64,000 nt of DNA, from contig JABJCN010000172.1 in assembly GCA_018668635.1 (NCBI GenBank), forward strand, positions 15,716 through 79,715. Direction: 5' to 3'. The first letter of the stretch is position 1. Each line of letters begins with the position of its first letter. The DNA is from Opitutia bacterium (lineage in GTDB: Bacteria; Verrucomicrobiota; Verrucomicrobiia; Opitutales; JABJCN01). Of this stretch, positions 1 through 8,000 are shown in pieces. The notes beneath the pieces were generated by a model. It did no database searches. It had not been told where the DNA came from and worked only from the letters and a program-made list of their open reading frames with translations. The position numbers and the translations under genes are program-made.

Positions 1-510
1 CGAGGCTCTGGAAACAGCAATATCCCTGTCCTTTGCCAAAACCTGGATGGCTTTCAGGGCCTTTGCATCGCGACGTTCACCAATGCTGCCAAGAAGGCCA
101 ACTTTCAGCTTTGCCGGAGCCTTGCTGAGCGCGTCCCGCATTGCCTTGTCTGCGGAGGAGCTCTGCAGACGCTCAAGGGGCAGCAAGGCATAATGTGAGA
201 GGACTTCATCCGTAAGCAAGTCAGACAGGGCTGAAACCGCATTATCAGTGCCAATCTGTTGTAATAGTCGACAGGCAATGGCCTTGCCGTCCTGGGTGGC
301 ATCCCTTGAGGTCAACACGACGATAAGCTTTTTCTCAATTGCTGGATTGGCGGCAGAAGGGGATGCCCGTAGTTGTTTTTCAGCTTCCTGTGCGGTGTTG
401 TTTCCATCCGTGTATTTAAACTTTGCCAGGTCTTCCCAGACATCTGCCCCTGCAACCTGTAAAAGGAATGCACAGGCAACCACGGTGATTGAAATATTCA
501 GGTTCTTCAT
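1..510 (-). CDS. HEAT-repeat secreted protein, C-terminus cut by window edge (first 170 aa present)
   Basis: Absent from the ORF track because there is no stop codon inside the window. Own translation of the minus strand from the ATG at 508-510 gives MKNLNISITVVACAFLLQVAGADVWEDLAKFKY...KAIACRLLQQIGTDNAVSALSDLL...LGSIGERRDAKALKAIQVLAKDRDIAV. This is a signal-peptide-like N-terminus followed by HEAT/PBS-lyase-like repeats, and the frame stays open to position 1. Confidence 0.55.
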   Translation of the reverse strand, partial: MKNLNISITVVACAFLLQVAGADVWEDLAKFKYTDGNNTAQEAEKQLRASPSAANPAIEKKLIVVLTSRDATQDGKAIACRLLQQIGTDNAVSALSDLLTDEVLSHYALLPLERLQSSSADKAMRDALSKAPAKLKVGLLGSIGERRDAKALKAIQVLAKDRDIAVSRAS

Positions 511-555
511 CTCTTTCAAAATCTTTCTTTTGAGTGTTGTGAATGGAGTGTGTTC

Positions 556-1788
556 TTAGATTTGCCAGGGGCCGCGTCTTGGACGATCAATCAGGCGACT
601 GGCCTCGGGATCCCCGATAAAGTCCTCCTTGACCGGGTCCCACTTCAACCTACGGTTCAGCTTGTAGCATATGTTGCCCAGGTGGCAGACCGTAGCGGTG
701 CGATGCGCGAACTCAACGTCGCGGAAAGGACGCTTCCGGGAAAGGATACAGTTGGTCAGGTCCTGAATGGGTGAACGGGCCCCATCCTCGTACCAGCGAA
801 GGCCTGCCGGGACCTTCTGGTCTCGCATTGGCTTGGCTTCGCCTGCTTCGCAGATGTACTTCATACCGCCACCAACGTAAATTTTCATCCCATTGGCAAA
901 AACGAAGGTCAAATACTTGTGTTCACCACCGGGAGGAATGATCTCGGATGGGCCGGTGCTATCGAGTCCCATTCCATGTAGAACTCCCCCAAACTTGTGG
1001 CCTCCCCAGTCCGTCATCATGCCGCCGGAATAGTCGTACCAGGTACGAAAACCCTTGCCACCGAGACCGTAGGCACGACCGCAGCGATATGGGTGATAGG
1101 GCGCCCACGGGGCAGGACCAAGCCAAAGGTCCCACTCAATGGTGTTGGGTGGAATTGGTTGCCCCGGCAGATAACACATCCTTGGCGGGCCACCGGGATC
1201 GGCGTGTGCTGCAAGAATCTTACCATATTCACCACTTCTTGCAGCGCAAGCCAGACGGCCAAAGTCCCCGATCACCCTCTGGCTTCCGCAGGAAAATACA
1301 CGACCATAACGCCTTGCCGTCTGCACCATCTTGCGCCCCTCCGCAATGGTCAGGCTCAAAGGCTTTTCGCAGTAAATGTCCTTGCCCTGCTTCATGGAAT
1401 CAATGGTGACCTGCGCGTGCCAATGGTCAGGCGTTGCGCACAGCACAGCATCAATGTCATCGCGGGCAATAACCTCGCGGTAATCCAGGTAGGTCTTACA
1501 ATCCTTGTTCTTGTAGCGACCGTTCACCCGCCCCTGCACGCTCTTGAGCGCACCGTGTTTCACATCGCAGACCGCCACGACCTGTATCCTTGGATCGCCC
1601 ATGAATTGATTTAGATCGCCGGATCCTTGTCCGCCCATGCCGACGCCTGCCATGACAATTCGCTCGCTGGCCGGAGGACGTCCATTGGCGCCGAGGGCAC
1701 TGGAGGTTATGATATTGGGAAGAGCAAGGGCCGCGCCTGCAGCCTTGGTGAATGTTCGCCGACTGACTTTTCTCGATACACTTTTCAT
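556..1788 (-). CDS. Gfo/Idh/MocA-family oxidoreductase with Tat-type signal peptide
   Basis: ORF 556..1848. The likely start is the internal Met at 1788 (MKSVSRKVSRRTFTKAAGAALALP, a twin-arginine signal). It has a Rossmann GxGxxG (MAGVGMGGQGSG) and the family EKP motif (IYCEKPLS). Confidence 0.85.
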   Translation of the reverse strand: MKSVSRKVSRRTFTKAAGAALALPNIITSSALGANGRPPASERIVMAGVGMGGQGSGDLNQFMGDPRIQVVAVCDVKHGALKSVQGRVNGRYKNKDCKTYLDYREVIARDDIDAVLCATPDHWHAQVTIDSMKQGKDIYCEKPLSLTIAEGRKMVQTARRYGRVFSCGSQRVIGDFGRLACAARSGEYGKILAAHADPGGPPRMCYLPGQPIPPNTIEWDLWLGPAPWAPYHPYRCGRAYGLGGKGFRTWYDYSGGMMTDWGGHKFGGVLHGMGLDSTGPSEIIPPGGEHKYLTFVFANGMKIYVGGGMKYICEAGEAKPMRDQKVPAGLRWYEDGARSPIQDLTNCILSRKRPFRDVEFAHRTATVCHLGNICYKLNRRLKWDPVKEDFIGDPEASRLIDRPRRGPWQI

Positions 1789-1962
1789 GGGTCGCTTTTT
1801 TAAGAAGGGTTGCGAATTGAAAGAACACTGATGTTCCTGATTTTTCAAACAAACCTGTCTGTTCCTCTACACCCCTGTCAACCCCAAGTGAACACAAATC
1901 CGGCAAGAATAAAAATCAAAGAGGTAAGGAGATTTATATGATTGCCCGCGAAAAGATAACAC

Positions 1963-1988
1963 GATAAGCCTTAGGCTTTATCAGCCTA
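1963..1988 (+). promoter_or_regulatory. Palindromic element with three AGCCT/AGGCT half-sites directly upstream of the giant glycosidase ORF
   Basis: The sequence is GATAAGCCTTAGGCTTTATCAGCCTA. AAGCC/GGCTT (loop TTA) and TAGGCT/AGCCTA (loop TTATC) form two mutually exclusive hairpins, and the element ends 15 nt before the ATG at 2003. Confidence 0.25.
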
Positions 1989-2002
1989 TAAATCCCTAAC
2001 TG

Positions 2003-5000
2003 ATGACCTACCGCTCCAAAGGCTTCCGGTGGTTCCTTGCCGGTTGTTTCGCCTTCTGCCTGAACGCCTTGCTACAGGGCGAGCCTTTGTTGCAGTATTT
2101 CAACACAGGGTGGAGGGAAATGGCCCGTAAGATGCCGGAACTGGCCGAGGCTGGTTATGAATCCATCTGGGTTCCCCCGCCGACAAAGGGAAGTGGCGGC
2201 ATGTCTGTTGGATACGACTGCTGGGACAGGTTTGACCTGGGGTCCAAGGACCAGCGAGGAAGCACCTCCACCCGTTATGGGACAGAAGAAGACCTGTTGG
2301 AACTTGTCAGGGTGGCCCACCGATTCGGAATCCGCGTCTACTTCGATAACATCATGAATCACAACGCATTCGATGTACCAGGATACAATGCAACCACCCC
2401 GATAAGCGTTTACAATGGGTTTCTCCCTGAAGATTTTCACCTTCGGGTCACGGAGGAGGGGTTTTACAGGAAATGGGACAATACCAGGAACTGGGGAAGC
2501 GAGTGGGAGGTCATGAACCTTGGCCTGTCTGACCTTATAGACATTGCCACTGAACCCGGTGAATGGAACCACAACTTCGGCGCTCACGAAGGCGCCAAAA
2601 TGAAGAAAATTAAATTTGTAAGACAGCCGGAGAACCCTGAATACTATTGCTACAAGCCAAACGGGGATCATCAGACACATTCCGCAAACCAGGGGGAATA
2701 TGTCGGTTTCGGAACCGGCAATGGCATCACCAGGGAAATTATTGCCAACAACCCCGGGTTCTACTCGGAACTGGTTGAGGATTTCCTTCACCGGGCAGCA
2801 AGGTGGCTCGTTGACCGCACATATTGTGATGGCTTTCGCCTGGATGCGGTAAAACACGCACCCGCTGATTTCTTCGGGGCAACATGGGGCAACGAAAAGG
2901 ATACCAGCGACTATGGGTATACCGGTCAGATTCAGCGCCAGTTCAATCTCACCCATGGATACCTTGACAACAACCACAGGGATTCCGTTTTTGACACGGA
3001 ACGCCCACGGGACGATGCCATGCTCTTCGGTGAGCATCTTGGTAGTCCGCCGGGCTATCAGGGCTATATTGATGCAGGAATGCGACTGGTTGATAATGAT
3101 CTAAGAAGCCAGTTCAACAGCAGGCTGGGCAATCCAAGCCAGGGACTGGGAGGCTTTGACCAACCTGGTTGGGGCGGCTTCCCGCCGGAAATCAGCGTGA
3201 TGCATGCGCAAAGTCATGACAATGATTACGCATCAAGACGCGAACTACAGCATGCATTTTATTTTACCCGGGCCGGCATTCCGCTTGTCTATACGGATGG
3301 TAACTACCACGCAGGCATCCTCAGCCAGAGCGGGGGGGCCTTCCCGCGACATTCAAACACCGCATTCCTTGGCCAGTTCGGCGACAACCGCCTTCCAAAC
3401 CTGGCCAACCTCCACCAAAACTTTGCCCGGGGATACCAGATGGGACGGTGGAGTGATGATGACTTCGTTGCCTATGAACGCATCGACAAGCGTGAGAACC
3501 CAAACATGACAGATGCAGACGGCGTCACGATGCTTGTCCTTATAAATGACGACTATTCCTCCGGACAGGGCCGTGGAGTGGACACATCGTTTCCATCTCA
3601 GGCGGGAACGGACGGTGACGCCTACCTTTTCCAGTACGCAAGAGGTCCCGATGGATCGGGACAAGTCGGGTTCTACACCTATGCGTCAAACCTGCATCAA
3701 GTCGTTGTTCCACCAGGCGGATACTATATTTTTTCATGGAGAACACCGGAGGTTCCTTCCTTATGGAGTCGTGCAGGGGGTGTCCCCATAACCATTTACC
3801 AGGACGGCGAACCAGCAGGGGTTATCCCGGTGAAACGAAAGGACGGCCCCGATGGAGATTCCGGGTTCAATCCATATGGCATGAATGATGAGGTTACCGA
3901 TGACTACACATACACCACATACCTACCTCGCATAACCAGTGCAACCAACCTGCGTTTCACAGTGAGGGCCGATGGGTCCGCTGAGAATATACTGGTCAAG
4001 CTCGATGGAGGTATTGACCTGAATGACCGGCAACCAGACGGTAACACCGATCCAGTAAAACGTGACAACCCTCCCGCTGTCAGCACTGATTCATTCCTTG
4101 GTTACGAGCAACCGGCGTTCAGACATCGGCAGGGACCGGAGAAATTTGCTGCTGAGGACTCGGCACGCTGTAATCTTGGCTCGGCTGGTGCCGAGACCTG
4201 GCTGACCACAATCGGTTCAGGCAATATCCTGCCAGAAGAATCCGGCGGCAACAACGCCACCCCGGTCAACACAGCCGCCTTCCTTTGGCATTCTCCATCC
4301 GCTCAGGTAGAGGATCGTGATGCAGGGACCAGACACTATATTGAGGATGACAACGGAATAACCTTCTGGACCAAGGCCAACAACGGCCTCGACGGCTACA
4401 ATGTCCGCGTCTACTACACAATAGACGGCACAAACCCCGAGGGAGGTGGAGGGGAAGGTATTGGTTCAACCAAGGCAATCACGCTCAACTACTCACACGA
4501 TGCCGGAGGAGGAAGCTGGTTCCAGGGCTCCCTGCAACCCAAGCCAATCGGCGAAATTCGCTACAAGGTGTCAATATTCCGTACAACCGCGGGTGGAAAC
4601 GCCCTTTCCAGTGTTTTTCCATCCGGGCAGGGACAAATCAGCGAAAAATCCGGCATGATGACCGTATTCGAGGTCCATGGATTCAATGCCACCACCGTCG
4701 AGTTCTTTCCCCACAACGACTACGCCAAAGCGGCGGACCAGGCAACATTCCTCACTGAGACCGGGCTCGCGGAGGGGTTTCACATCCTCAGGGCAAGGGC
4801 CTTCCTGAAGCGGGATAACCGGGCCAGCCTCTACAACACTTTTGCACAGTCCTTTTACTATGACTCGCAGCGGCCGTCCGGCGAAATTGTCCATCCATCC
4901 CAAGGCGACACACTTGGCGGCGGCAACTATGGTGTCGTCGTCCGCACCGACCGCACCGTGCATGAAGTCTGGTACTGCATCGATGATGGCGCCGGTCCCA

Positions 5001-8000
5001 ACGATGATGATCAAACCGGGGCTTCCAACGGCAACGGACCCGGGAATTGGGTCCGCGCCAGCGAGGTCAATGCGGCCTCCCCAACCGACGGGAAACACCC
5101 TCTAGAGTGGCGTTTCAACTATGCCAACATCCCATCCGGGAATAAACCTGTACAGATTCATGCAAGGCTCCTTGAAGCCTCGTCAGCAGACAGGAATTCA
5201 TTCACTGCCACGGTCAGCTCTGGCGATGATGTCGCCAACTGGTACACCACCCTAACCCGCAACGTGAATGCCAACGGCCCTGACACCCGGCTCTATATCG
5301 CCTGGCCGCCGACAACCGGTACACTCGTTGGTGAGGGCTACACCATGAAAGCCTATTTCTCCAAAGCCCTTGCCGAGGGGCTAAACGAGTCACAACTGCT
5401 TGAGGAGTTCCTCGTTCGTATTGCCAGCCGGACAAGCGGTTCCCCTGAGGGGTCGGAGGTACAGGATCGCAAGGAATATGCCATCTCCTGGAATGAGACC
5501 GATGATTACCATGCCCTTTCCTTTCCCCTGCCGGAGCTCTATAACGGCGATCCCTCCTTTCTCCATCACCTCGCTGTTGAACACTCGCGCAACGGTATCA
5601 ATCTGGAGGCCGAACGCCTCGTCAAGGCCCTCCCCGTGCGGAAGACGTTCCTCAACATCACCACCCCGCCCGCGTTCGACAGCGATGGCAAGCCCTACGA
5701 GATCATCCTTCCCGCTGTGGCCAACCCGGATCTCGGACAACGTCAGGCACCTGTCAGGATCGAGACCGACCTCGACATCGGGCACCTCGAGCTTACCTGG
5801 GAAAGAGGATCTGGAACTTTTGAGCTCATCGAGTCAAGAACAACGGGAAGCAAAATAAACTGGGACTATCTCTGGTCCGGAGTCCCGGAGGGGAAGGGCA
5901 GACTTCGTGTCGATGTACGGGCCACGGAGCAAGGGGAAATCCTGGCCACAGCACGAAGGTTGGTGACCGTAAGGTTTCTCCAGCTTCATCCGGAGGTGGC
6001 CAACGACGATGATGATGACGATGACGGTCTCCCCGACTCCGACGAGGTCACCCTAAAAAATCTACCCGATAGCAATCCCGATGACTGGACCAACGCGCAG
6101 GTCCACGTTTCCAGGACCTTTGGCCGAAGCAACCCGTTAAACCCGGACAGTGACGGCGATCTCCTCCCGGACGCCCTGGAGGTCGGCTGGCGTGGTTTGG
6201 CCGAGGAATCCCTCGGGGAACCCTTCACGGACTCCGGTTACGACAACCCCGGAACCGATGAAAAGGAAACCCTTGGCGCAGGGAACCTAAAGTTCGACTT
6301 TGTTGATGCGGACGGGGACAGTCTCCATGATGCGGGCGAAACCTCCGAGCCTTTTCAGGATGATGATGCCGATGGAGTCTTTGACCATGGCACCATCGCC
6401 TCCCGGGATACCGATGGGGACGGCACAAAAAACTTTGCACCGGATCACGATCCCCCGTTCTTTAATACCGTCCCGGACAACAGCTCCATCCCGGGTTATC
6501 AATACAGTCGGAGCCGCACCGACGTCCTGCAGGGCTCCACAACCGACCCCAACAACCCGGATACCGACGGCGATGGACTCAGGGACGGCATTGAAGATGG
6601 TTACAACCCCGCCTGGGCAAACGGCCTGGAATTCGACAAACTCGTGCACAACGGATGGGTCGATGGCGACGGCGCACCGCTGGATCCTTCAGAAAACAAT
6701 CCCCACGCCCGCGGTGCCTGGCCAAACGGCAGGGTCGATGATGGGGAGACCTGGCTTGAGACCGACCCCAACAACCCGGATACCGACGGCGATGGACTCA
6801 GTGACGGACACGGGGAGGACGAGGACCTGGACGGCCACATAACCGGAGATTCAAATCGTGACCGATCCCACGACCCGGGAGAGGAATGGACAGAGACCGA
6901 CCCCCTGAACCGCGATACCGATGGAGACGGACTTCTCGACGGATGGGAGGTTGCCAACGGACTGGATCCTCTCGACAACGGCACCGACAACCTTCGAACC
7001 CCGGACCCGGTCGATGGCTCGGCAAACGAAAAACCGGGTGGAGACCCGGACGGGGACGGGTTCACCAATACCCAGGAACAATCCAGCGGCACACGCCCAT
7101 TGATCGATGACCGCATCGTCAACCCGGTCGCAAACAGCATCCGGATCGGCCCGGGCAGCGAGGTGGCCAGGGGACTCGCAATCAACCGCAACGAGTTCAC
7201 CGACTGGACTTTTGACGACCTTGTCGCACTGGATGAATTTGAAGGGGACGGCTCCAACAAGCAGGATGGCGACATCTTCCCCGCCGGGGACGGGTTTGAT
7301 TCCTCCCGGGACATTGTGGCCTTCCACGCACGGGATGGCGGAGCGGATGGCAACTACTACTTCCGGCTCGATTTCCACGATCTAAAACCCTTTGCCGAGG
7401 AGGGATATCTCGACATCTATGTTGTCATCGACACGGGAAACACGGCCAGCGGTGAGGCCGCCCTGCCTGATGAACTCGACATTCTCACCAGTATGCGATG
7501 GGAAGTCGTCGTCGCCTGTTACCAATCCAACAACGGCCGTGTCTTCGTCGATCTCGACCCGGTAAAAAACACGAACTCGGCCAACGAGGACCTCTCCACA
7601 ACCGGGGTGGTGGCCCGGGGACGCGAATCAATCGGCGGTTTTGGTGACGCATATTTCAACTCCGAACTGGATGCCGTCGAGTTCTCCATCTCACGGCAGT
7701 CCCTTCTCGACGCCGGATGGAACGGCAGCAGCAAGCCAAGATTCCAGGTTTTCACGACCCGTGACGGAACGGCCAACAGCGGTTCCGGCGCCGGCGACCT
7801 CGGCGGCAGAAATGATATCCGGGACAGTATTTATGATGACTGGCTTGCCGAGGACTACTGGTCCGACCAGGCCCATATTGCCGCCAATGGAAAGCTTTCC
7901 AGCTACATGGACGTGGACGACATGGGGCGCTACCCCGACCAGCGCAAGCGGGCCAAGGCCATTTTGCTTGTGCATTCCAACCACGCAATCCTGCCCGGCA

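Noticed and set aside
248-1614. Plus-strand ORFs 248..559, 550..774, 948..1409 and 997..1614
   Set aside because: They are antisense to the HEAT-repeat and Gfo/Idh/MocA genes, both of which have clear family motifs. The translations are compositionally biased.
5990-7110. Repetitive DNA in the acidic block considered as a CRISPR array or other non-coding repeat array
   Set aside because: The repeats are in frame within a coding region and encode DxDxDG calcium-binding-type motifs. There is no repeat-spacer periodicity and there are no cas genes.
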